Positions 14,101 to 24,616 of a stretch of DNA of 64,000 nucleotides are shown piece after piece. Source of the DNA: Balanoglossus misakiensis. Lineage: Eukaryota > Animalia > Hemichordata. The translations under genes and the position numbers were made by a program. How positions within the stretch are numbered: the first letter of the stretch is position 1; every line of letters begins with the position of its first letter. The DNA is taken from positions 8,472,390 to 8,536,389 of the forward strand of contig CM082580.2 in the NCBI GenBank assembly GCA_040954595.2, in the 5' to 3' direction. The notes below the pieces were generated by a model. The model did not search any database and had not been told where the DNA came from. It worked only from the letters and a program-made list of their open reading frames with translations.

Positions 14101-15491
14101 GAGGCAAATGTCCCTATGTGCTGCTACATTCCCCGCACAAGGTCGTTAATATCGCAAGGTTCGTCAGATTTGGAGCGGAAATTCGTTATTTTTTGTCCTA
14201 AATACCGGATTATTACCTGTATAAGTCTTTCTAGTTATGGAAAACCTCAAATGTACGCAGCTAGACGCCACAGGCAAATTTCAGGATATTCTCCGGGCAA
14301 GCATGCAGAATAATGAACCCGGTACATGTACACAATAGATGATACCTCGCCATGCAATCATCCAGGGCCCTACCGTACGCCAGTACAAGATAATGCATTG
14401 AAATATTCAATTGGCAGTTATGTTTCACACTGGTACTTCGATATTGAGAAGTTGGGCATGCTTTCTCTGCTTTCCCGTTCGTGTTAACATATCATTTCTT
14501 CTATCTTTTACTACAGTGAGTTGCCGACCCTTTATCCAAAATGAAATTATTCTAATGTAATATGACCCCATAGCACAAAGTAAACCCCTTTTTAAGGCAG
14601 CCAGAATTCAAAATCAAGCAACACAATGTCTATACGCAAACACCACAGTCATGGCTAATGTTAGTGGTTATATTGGCAGGGTAACTCATTACACTTGACC
14701 TCCATTTCAAGTACGGACCGATGACTCACACCGTGCTAGACCTGTCTACTGTTCTGTAGTTCCTGTTTTGTTTCAAACACTATAATGATTTCAAGAAACC
14801 GTACGAGCACAATCAACTGACAATCCCAGGAGCGTATAGTATAGTATGCATCACCGAATGCATGTACGAGATCACGATTTCCGTCAGAAGAATAAAAGAA
14901 GTATATTAGATATATATTGACCACAGCAGCGGGTCCGCTCTATCCGGGGAACGGCATCGATGCCATACTTCATTACCCCCCGAAACTACACGTTTTTTCA
15001 CGCTCAACTTGGTACTGTGTTTGCTGTTGATGTTGAATGCAGACGACTTGATTCTCCCCGATGGACGTCGTCAGGGATATGTCAGCCATCATGAAAGGGT
15101 GGGCTGGGGAAACTGCGGGCCGTTCTTGTGTTTAGAAAACTTTACCTGGGCGAGGGTTTGGTTTTACAGAAACAATACCGAACTCAGCTGGTGCCATGGG
15201 ATGTAACAATATTTAGGGCTAGATCCCTAAGTACATCGGCGCTGACCCTGAAGTTAGTGAAGGTCAGCTTAATTGGTTATTGTCGCCACGTGCCCTGGGA
15301 ATATACAGCTGCACTGACAAAACGCAATGTCACGGGTAGCGTTTCCCCCGCGGGCTCGAATTACTCTCAATCCCACAGAGAACAGTGGTCCATAGCCTAC
15401 ATAAGCTTATATTACGGGTATTAGACTGGTACAGAGAGATAGCTAACCAAACCAAGCGCCAATTATGCCAATCAAAATAACCTGATGATGT

Positions 15492-15501
15492 CCTTATATG
15501 G
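15492..15501. promoter_or_regulatory. CArG box (SRF/MADS site) CCTTATATGG in intron 2
   Basis: Exact CC(A/T)6GG with SRE-like flanks (GATGT-CCTTATATGG-TAAT); function untested. Confidence 0.35.
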
Positions 15502-18500
15502 TAATTTCGATGAGGTCACCCTCTTGTGGGCTTGGGTCGGACCAGATGTACTCGTACCCCAGGACTCGTACACAACTTTTTGCGGTACACTTTATCTCTG
15601 TGTATTTCGTGTTAAGTGGATTTCTTGTACGAGTTTACAGTTATAATGATGAAACGTAAGCATGGAAAGCTCGTCACCATGTACATTTCATAACAATGTC
15701 TTCAACTGTATCCATCTTGTATCGCACCCTTTTATTCAGCCTCCCGTTGCAAGAGTACGCTATCGCGGTATGCGCGCATGGTGTATAAGAAATACTCCAC
15801 AAAATCAGCACGTTGTCGTCTGTCGATTTAGGATAAGGAGAAGATTGAAGTATTTTATCGATTAAAATGCGCTGAAAGCGGCAGCTATTGGGGCTTTAAG
15901 GTGGGCTCGCTCTTTTGTGCAGTCGCTGCTACCCCCGCTGGCAAAGTTCAATCGGGGTTGCAGCGTAATAACTTTCAATCCATCAAGAGGACGGGACCGT
16001 AATTCGCTTGGGCCAGTGCGCCATTTCTCAGGTGATGAAATGACGTCTCTATCAAGATGCTTGGTTTATGCATCGGCCGATAAACACACGACGGCATTAA
16101 TTGAAAATGGGAACCGTTCATGCCGTAACTGCTTGTGCAGTTTACTCATGTTCATAATTGTCTCCCCGTCCCGGGGGCAGACTCCAATCGCTGCGTTCCA
16201 AACCCAATTAATTTTAATCCTCCTCCGCGTTTAGAGACATGAAAGGGGATATTGGAATGTTACAGGAAATCTGTCTGCTCCACTCGCAAAAAAGAGTGAC
16301 AATTTACTGTGCATTAATGTGAAAGGAAAACAAATATTATGTCGCAATATTTAACAATTAACGTCCATTGCTAATACATCCAATCACTGTGGATTGTGCG
16401 AATGTGGAGCTGCGTATTGAGTCCTCGTTTTTGTGAATTATTGCCCAGCCCAGCTTCGCCTGCGGATAAGGTTGATTAAAACACGGTTGGATTACGTCGT
16501 TTGAGAGAAAGTCCCGATTGTATTTGGGTAAGATATATGTGTCTCCCGTGATGATTGGAGGAAAGGGGATTTTAGCGGTCGTCACTCGACTGGCCTTGTG
16601 AAGCGGTCAGTGTCTTCGGGGATTTTTAAACAAGCGGGGATTGCATTTTTGTAAAATACGCGGAAAACATATCCTATGACACGGTTTCTTTTATTTCCTA
16701 TCATCCATTTCAATTAGCGATCGGAAACGCCGAATGCATATCTGCGCGTAATTAACTTGATAAACAATATTAGTATATGCTGACGTCAACGCAAGGCAGA
16801 TCGCCGGACTGGCTTGACTATAGTATTAATTGAACATTAATAAGCAACATATGCCTTACGACAGGAAATATTGCTTTTAAAAAGTCGTGCGGGTAACATG
16901 CAGCTCCACCTTAAATTCATTTATTCAAGCGACACAGGGCATCGCTCAAGATTTCCTCTTCATTGTACATTTGCACTTGGAAATACAACACAAGAAAAAG
17001 CGATACGTGAAGGGTTCGTTTTCACTGCAGTTGGAAATAAGATATACGGAACAAGTTACAAAGGAATGCGAACACTTATCGCAGATGACTTTAATGTTAC
17101 ATTACAATAGAATTTAGAGATATAAATAAATTACGAGTCAGATAACAAGAAACAAGGCACTTTAACAAAGAATTGTATGTAACGAGATATTTCTTTGTAA
17201 CTTTGTTTGTGACGACCACACCGCTAGAAATAAAAAGAAACGATAAAAAATGATAAAAAGTTTCTTTTTTAAAAGTATATCTTCGACATGATTGTTTCGC
17301 GTATTTCACTTCACATCACAGAAAGCGACGTGCAAACTTTCAAAGTGTCGACTGCATCTATGTCCAGCTATTTGAACGGCGAGCGGTGTCGGTATGCGTT
17401 CCAAATGACTTGACAAATTTGATGGGCCAATGGATTTTTCGATATACTGTCGGCACTACCTTTGCCGGTGTGCCTATTATTAGACCATCTGCTCATTGCG
17501 TATTCAATTACTGGCCGTGCGCCGGTTTATGCAATCAAATTATATCGCAGTCAATTCACCGGCAGTCGTTGTAAAGTGCAGAGACCTCCATCATGATGAG
17601 ATGTCATTCTCTCACCTGCGAGTTGAAAAGTTTCGTTTCTTCCATAACTTTTATTGGTTTTAAATCGGGTTCTAGTAAACTTCGAGTAGAAAACAGGGAC
17701 AACATCCTTTGCTGATGACGCCAATCAGGAGAACTCTTCATAAGGATTGAAGTTCACAAACAATACACATGAGTGTATACAGCTAAAGAGCCGTTACTGT
17801 ATACTGGACAAAAAGGCTGAACTTGTCAAACAGAAGCCAAGAACATCACTCAAATCACACGAAAACGCACCTTCGAATTACCCCGTTTAATACGCGCACA
17901 GGATGCCATAAAACATACAGATATTGTACCCCGTGGACCTTCCGGTCTATCTGTTGACTGAGAATGTTTCTGTCTCTTTGTCGGGACGAAAACAAGAATT
18001 GAATCGCAGCCGGCGTCACTTGTTGGTCTTCTACAGAATGCCAACATCTTAAAGTGCTGGCGAGGCCAGTGGAAATGGACAGATAATACGTGGTCGCTCG
18101 AAGGTACTGAGAAAGTCTCAACAAACTCAGTGACCTGATTCCGTGCTGTAATATTTGCATGCATTTGGTCTTTTCATACTGCGTCTACATTAATCTCTTG
18201 AGCTCGTTGCCCCACAAGAAAACGAATCAAAATTGCCTTTTCACGTTGTTGCCACACACTATGAGATATGTTAATATTTTACAAGTTATAATCAAATGCG
18301 GCTGCGGGTTAAGCCACTCTGCAGATTTTGTAATTTGCCAGTCAATCGAAAGCACCACCCGTGATCACATTAGGTAATTCGACATCTGGTGGCGAGGTGG
18401 GTAGAGTTTAGAGAATTGTGTGAAAGATTGCGTTTCCCGGTCCACGAAATTGCAATGCAAGAAGAGTCGCCGTTGATATTCTTAATAAAGGATGTTACGC

Positions 18501-21500
18501 TGAACCACTGTCCTGGTGAAATCATAATTCGGGTGTGGGGTCCGGGTGGGGGATTAAACACTTTTAGAACCAACCAAGATCCTCTGTATGTATATCTGTT
18601 CTCAATAGAATGACACACCTCGTGAACCACGCCCCTTTTTAAACAGCACTGAATAAATTAATGACCTTCGCTTTAAAGGGAGGGTCGCACGGGTCACGGT
18701 CTTGTCCGTGACACCAATCGATCGCGTGATGATCCCATTAAACCGCCGGCGGCACTCAATGCGACTCGTGCAGAATCGAACCCGCATAAACAGGAAATAG
18801 ATTCCGCGAACTTCCTGTTCGTAACCCGCGATAACTTGAGAGGGCGAAGTACCTCTATTGAAATTAAACGCCTTCATTTGCTTCGTCATTATCCTCCTGT
18901 AAGTCGTTCAACGGGGGGTTAATACGTATACGTGGGATGTCGCACTCTTAGCCGGTCAAAGTCAAACGCATTTGACAGACATGCCCGTCAATGAGCTTGC
19001 ACGTCTCCCTAATGCAGTTCGCGTTGACATGTCTCTCTCGTTTACTTTCCTCTGGGCTTTTGTTCCATTTACGTTGTCATTTTGTATTACTCATCAGTTC
19101 ACTTTCTGTCCTTAACTTAATACCGATCAATTCAGTTCGTCAACAACGTTAACCCATTTCCGCCGAACTTCTCCTCATTATACGCGGCTAGAAGTATAAA
19201 AAAAATAAGAATCCATTTCCCATGTCTCTGCGTTCCTAATACCTCAACTTGTCAGGATTTAGAAAATGTATCAGGCAAAAGTAATGTCGTCTGCAGACGA
19301 CCATTATTCAGTATTTCCGATATCCCAAATGAGCAGCAAAGAACACGTAACTTATTGTGGTATATATAGAGGGTTTTAAAGCCCCAACAGACGTAGGAAA
19401 TCGTGTGTATGTCCGGGTATGTCACGATAGGTTCAAATAGTCTTTTCGTCACTGTGCTTTTAATATAGATCCATACCCGTTCTCACTCATCGCTAGTTTC
19501 CCTTGTTTCTAAAAATTAATTGCCTGACTTGCTCACGGCGATCAATACGCGTCCACAAATCCCGTCGGATGCTGCACGCACACCACAGCGCGGGGATGCC
19601 AAGTATGGTGGAGATAATCAAACGAACATATGTCTTCTTAAATTTAAGATGTTTATCTATCATTCCGTCTCCTAAAGCTGTCTTCGCTGTGGTCTTCTGG
19701 GCCCATCTCTCGCTTCAACTTCAATTAAACAGCGATCCGTCTATTAAAGCCTACGTGTAATTTGCGACGGATCCTTTTTAATTCAACCTTTAGGGTACCG
19801 CTATGTCAAAATCAAAAGGGCCGACGTCTGTGGCTTTGACGTTCTAAATGTATTTAGAAGCCATATCTTCATGATCTTTGGTAATAACAAAAATCCGTCA
19901 TTTTTTTCTCAAAGTTTTACTCCTGCTTGTATATTTAGCCCATTCGAGATTTAATAGACAGACAGACAGACAAAGGGCTTAACATTGAGCTTCTGTGAGT
20001 TGAATTTAATCACACTCATGAAGACTAGCGACCGACAATCCCAAATCAGTCCGCGGCACGGCATGTGATCAGGCACAAAGGGTCGAGGACGCGTCACTTG
20101 AGATGCCAAATCGATCTCTCATCAAGGGTTAGCTGAGGATTTAGATTTAGACACTTTTCACGAATAGTTACTTCCACGGTTTATCTTCTATATCGTATCT
20201 GTTTCCGAAAAAAAAGTTTTCGCTGTCGATGGATGACATTATATCGTGAAATCTCGATTTGTAGTATTTTTCCATTGAGAAGAATGAGAAGAAAGGATGA
20301 CTCAAAAAAACAACTGAAAACATAACGAAAGTTACAGCTAATGAAGCTTTAAACCAGATATACAATATTGTAAAAGGTCCTGATCCGCGCGATGTGAATG
20401 TGGCTCCCTGTTCCATCTTGAAATGACAGCGATCACTCGGCAACCGGAACAAGTCTTCCCGCTGAGACCTATATCAGGATTTTTAGATCAAAGCGACATA
20501 CTTTTCTTCACGCATTCAGAAAAAAATATCTAGTGCCAAGGCTTATCATTGTGGCGTGCTAGTCTCGTATGCGTGACAGGTTACACTGAGAATTACGATC
20601 GATATTAAGGTTGTCTGTGCTTTGGACCACATACCAGCGTTCTGAAATTACAAATCGCGGCAAGGACAATGCACTATTGGAGGAAATATCGCGAATTTAT
20701 TCCGCGATTGTACTTCAGTTTGTCGAGACAATTTCCGCAGTTCAGAGTATGGGGATCGACCGCGTTGAGGGGTGATTATCTATTCCGTTTCGATAGAGTT
20801 CGCCATAATCTCAAAAATAATCGTGGTGTAGAAATCGGTAATAAGCTAACCGGTATCCGCGAGGTAAGCGTGGTCGATATAAATTATCCCGGTATACAAT
20901 ATGACATGTTGCACAATTCATGTTAATACGCTATAGGATTTAGTTCGTACATGTAATATGGTTGCTTTTAAGGACGCTTAAGTGAAAATAAATAAAGAGT
21001 TGCGCAAAGTACTAAATTAGTTTATGAAATGTAACACGCATAGGTTGAAACTCGAAACTTTTCAATATAAATGGAATTACGGAAACTATCCGGACGTAAG
21101 CAAAACTGTCCAGGTGGCTCACTGAAGGAACATGGCGGTTTGTTTAAAGGTGTACAAAAAGAAACTGTAGTGGAAAACACCGTCAGATGTTACAGCCAAT
21201 GTCCCTTTAATCCTGGCCTATATCAGTAGGCCATGTAGGCACGGCAATGGCTACATTTTCATATTAGACTAACCAACTTATTCAAAAGTGTAAGATTTGA
21301 CCTAGATCGCCGTGTAAGGATGCAGAACGCCTTGGAAACCCGGTTGTCGCGTTTAAAAAGCGTACGCGTATGTATAAACAAAGCGCCGATTAAGTATCGT
21401 GTGTGTATACATCTTATCGTTCGATCCTGCTCCATCTAAGTGGTTTTCGGACTGCAGAAAGTATAATGTTGACTTGGAGAGCGTGACCACGCATAATAAA

Positions 21501-21973
21501 GTGATACCAAATCGCCTGATCAATATTGTCGCTCAACCAGGCTGACAAAGTAATGACAGACATTTCTTTTCTTAAATCGACTTCACAGAATCACGGACCG
21601 CAGTGCAGTTAGGAATAAATTGTGAATAAATGATTGTTACTTATTGTTTATTTTATTCTGGGAGACGGTACAAATTTAGATTATATGAATATATGCTGCC
21701 CCATGCATGCAGAACAGCCGCCAATTTTTGCTGCACACGGTCGTTCGATTACGAGAATCTCTGTTGCGACCACGTAAGAAAAGAAAAAAACAAAAAGGCT
21801 TTTTTCGATTATCGCTTCAAGTGTGTGTTTGCACCAGTTTTCGGAATGTCCGATTAATGGAACTACCAGCAAAATTGTGTGTGGGTTAATGAACAAGTTG
21901 ACTGTGCATGCAAGATATTTAACGTAGATGTGGGTAAACTGTGAAGTTCCTTTGTGGTGTGGGGAACAAAGAA

Positions 21974-21976
21974 CTG

Positions 21977-22020
<44 letters not shown>

Positions 22021-22047
22021 TTCTTCTCCCTCCCCTCTCTTTCACAG
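21974..22047 (+). promoter_or_regulatory. Branch point (CTGAC 21974-21978) plus (CT)18-containing polypyrimidine tract and 3' splice site of intron 2
   Basis: CTGAC is followed by ~65 uninterrupted pyrimidines (CT repeat 21981-22016); the first downstream AG is the exon-3 acceptor. Confidence 0.75.
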
Positions 22048-22805
22048 CATCCCTGTTGTTATGCATACCAGTGGCGCAGTACAGAAAAGTGGAATACATG
22101 GACTGGTTCGGAACGCGGCCGTTCTGCATCGAGGTGTGGCCGTCGCCCACCTGGGAGATTATGTGGTTCTTCTACATGTTCGTCGTGGCCTATCTGGTGC
22201 CGCTGCTCATCATCTCCGTTTGCATAGGCATGATCCTGCGTCTCGTCTGGAAGTCGTCGACCATGTTTCAGACCACGCAGTCCAAAGCCCAGCGCGCCAG
22301 GCAGCGGAAGAAGATCAGGAAGACGCGAATGGTCTGCGTGGTCATTCTGATCTTCTCCATGTGCTGGCTGCCGGTGCACATCGTCAACATCAAAGTGAGA
22401 TTTGACAAGAGCGATGATGTCGACATGGTGACGTACGGTTTCCAGCTGTTCAGCAACTGTCTGTCTTACGCCAATTCCTGCGTCAACCCCATCATCTACG
22501 CCTTCATGAGTGAAAACTTCCGACGACGCTTCAGAGAGATCTTCTCTTGCGGGCCTCGGAAGAAAGCGCGGTCCCGGGAGCGGGGGACGATAATAATCGC
22601 GATGGCCGACGGGAAGCCGGTTTACACAAGGCGAAGCCGCTCGTCCCACGTAAGGCGTCTCCATGGTAACCACCACTGTGAAATGACTGTTTGTGATTCG
22701 CCTTCATCGAATCCGTTCATGAGCGATTCTGACGACAGTGTGGACAGTCCCGTGATGAGGCGCAACGGCAGGCACAACTTCGTAGAACGAGCAGTTCGTT
22801 TGTAA
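22048..22805 (+). CDS. KISS1R: Kisspeptin receptor-like GPCR, coding exon 3 (end of TM4, ECL2, TM5-TM7, helix 8, C-tail, stop)
   Basis: Long pyrimidine tract plus cacag| acceptor. Phase 1 joins G+CA (Ala) in frame with ORF 22056-22805. Contains ECL2 WFGTRPFCIEVWPS, TM5 YLVPL, TM6 FSMCWLP and TM7 YANSCVNPIIYAFMSENFR. Spliced CDS is 480+136+758=1374 nt, i.e. 457 aa plus TAA. Confidence 0.94.
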
Positions 22806-24439
22806 TCGATATATGCTGTTACAGCGAATTGAAATGGGTAAAATATTAAAATCTCCTTTCCACCAAAGCTTTTGATCTTAGTCACCAGAAATCCCACACG
22901 TGACATTTTCCTGCGGGGAAAAACGAGAAAATGAATAGTTAATGATGTACGTAATGTACCACGCACAACCCGAGAAATGTGGCGGTATGGATGGATAATT
23001 TGGTGATGGAGGATTCTGTATCGTATCTTGCTCGCAGACACTGATTTCCCGCGTAAAATGTGCCATATCTCAAATGGCGGATAAGGACCATATTGCACGC
23101 GCCGATAAACGCACCGTTGAGGAAATTGCCACGACCTGACTTGATACAAGTAGTACTTTATCTGTACAAGTACCGCTGGGACGGACTTGTACAGAAGATG
23201 GCCAATGCTTGGGACCTCTTATAACCCGGAATATTTAACAGAACTCGAACTTCATTGGAACCCCGAATTAAGGGCTAATTCTATATATGTACAATTCGAA
23301 AAAAAAAATCGTGTGAGAAATTCAACATTTTCAAAGAACCGAATAACGTGAAAATTTGCTTACAATAGGATTTTGCACATCAACGTGTCACTCACTTTTA
23401 CCTTCAGACTTGTATATTATAGTAAAATTCCTGTACATTTTTGTTCTTCTGACTTATCTACGAAATCGTTTTTGATTTTTTTTTCTCAGCGAGGGAGTCG
23501 TTCTCGTCTACCTGCCGTACACGTCAGGCTCCAAGAACTGGCCAGTTGGTTGAACTGGGAGCCATCAATCTTTCCCCCAGAAGACAAATTGGATAACAGT
23601 CCCACCGGTCGGCCCCTTGCTCTCCAAAAGTGGTCGACATATTGATTGCGGATTCTCCGAAACGTGATTACTAGCATGCTGTGCGTCGGCACCGTTCTTG
23701 TCGTGTTCATCGGCGAAACACCCACTCAAGGTGCTTTTCAGGAGCATAGCGGGGAAGTCACTTGGTGGCGTCCAGAATGGACGCTCTTTGGAGGCTGCGA
23801 TCGTTTTAAAATGGTTCCAATCAAACGCTCAAAACGAATAAAAGCAAAGACTAGCTTCATCTTTCTCTCATTGGATAAATCATTTATGAATTTTGTTTTT
23901 AATCAACTTTTATGCTGGTAGAGATCTGGCTAGTCAGGCTTCAACAAGTATTAATCTGCCTTTTCCTCAGCTCTGTAACCTTTCTTCACGAGAAATTTGC
24001 ACCACTGCGTAAGAAAGAACGGCCTTAAGCCTGTCAACGCTTTTATTGCGATCACTCATTTACGATGGCATGACGTGTTGGATATATTCAAAATTGTTCA
24101 TCGCCGACTGAATGCATGGGGTCTATTTTATCCGAAATCATTCATCTCAACTTACAGCGATTTGAATAATTATCCCATGCTGAGACGTTTATTATGTCCA
24201 ATATCACTTTTACTACCTGTATATATGGAATCAACAGGGTACATGTACTTACTGTGCCAAAACGTCTTTCACGTATTTTGGTTATTAGGTTACAACTTAG
24301 CACCTGGACTCATCATTTTGCGAACGCTTTGCTGTGTGAGGCATATTATTCAAATGCCACTTCAATCACAAAAAATGTATTTGTTGTTATTGTGACCTGC
24401 CCTGTACATTTGTAAGGAAACATCTGTTGCCGTTGAACA

Positions 24440-24445
24440 AATAAA
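24440..24445 (+). terminator. Probable polyadenylation signal AATAAA (3'UTR ~1.65 kb); alternative AATAAA at 23837-23842
   Basis: AATAAA is preceded by UGUA and U-rich elements and followed ~40 nt later by a GU/U-rich tract (ttgtctgttattt). Confidence 0.55.
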
Positions 24446-24551
24446 AAGATGTGACTCACAACACGTTACAGCGTCAATCAAATTGTCTGTTATTTCCTCC
24501 GACTGTCGACGATCAGAATAAGAGAAATTGGAAAATATTAAAGGTAGGTGC

Positions 24552-24616
24552 TTTTTTTGTCATTTTGGGACAATTTTTATGAGCCCATTTTCAATGGGTT
24601 ATATAGCTCATGAAAA
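24552..24616. repeat. Degenerate satellite remnant and small hairpin at the left edge of the array
   Basis: ttgtcatttt...atttttatgagc resembles the + orientation of the terminal monomer variant; atgggttatatagctcatgaaaa is the - orientation. tttttatgagc/gctcatgaaaa and cccatt/aatggg form stems. Confidence 0.7.

Larger units (their letters stand above)
4393..22047 (+). other. Intron 2 of KISS1R-like gene (17,655 bp, phase 1, in TM4)
   Basis: GTAAGT...TCACAG boundaries; the junction gives GIWIASLLLCIP, a complete TM4 with no missing segment. Confidence 0.9.

Noticed and set aside
13396-15604. 12-bp inverted matches (CACAGAGATAAA / TTTATCTCTGTG; TACAGAGAGATA) as MITE ends
   Set aside because: Too short, ambiguous pairing and no TSD; compatible with chance.
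4571-21900. Many 60-140 aa ORFs in intron 2 as nested genes or transposases
   Set aside because: No domain motifs, random-looking composition and frequent non-ATG starts; expected by chance in 17 kb.
22059-22676. 205-aa minus-strand ORF, and other ORFs overlapping exons 1 and 3
   Set aside because: Antisense or alternate-frame shadows of GC3-rich GPCR coding sequence with no recognisable motifs.
24538-24551. TTAA-AGGTAGGTGC as a Kolobok-type left terminus enclosing the satellite
   Set aside because: The best right-hand counterpart (ATACTCCCTTCA, ~54237-54246) matches poorly, lacks TTAA and is asymmetrically placed.
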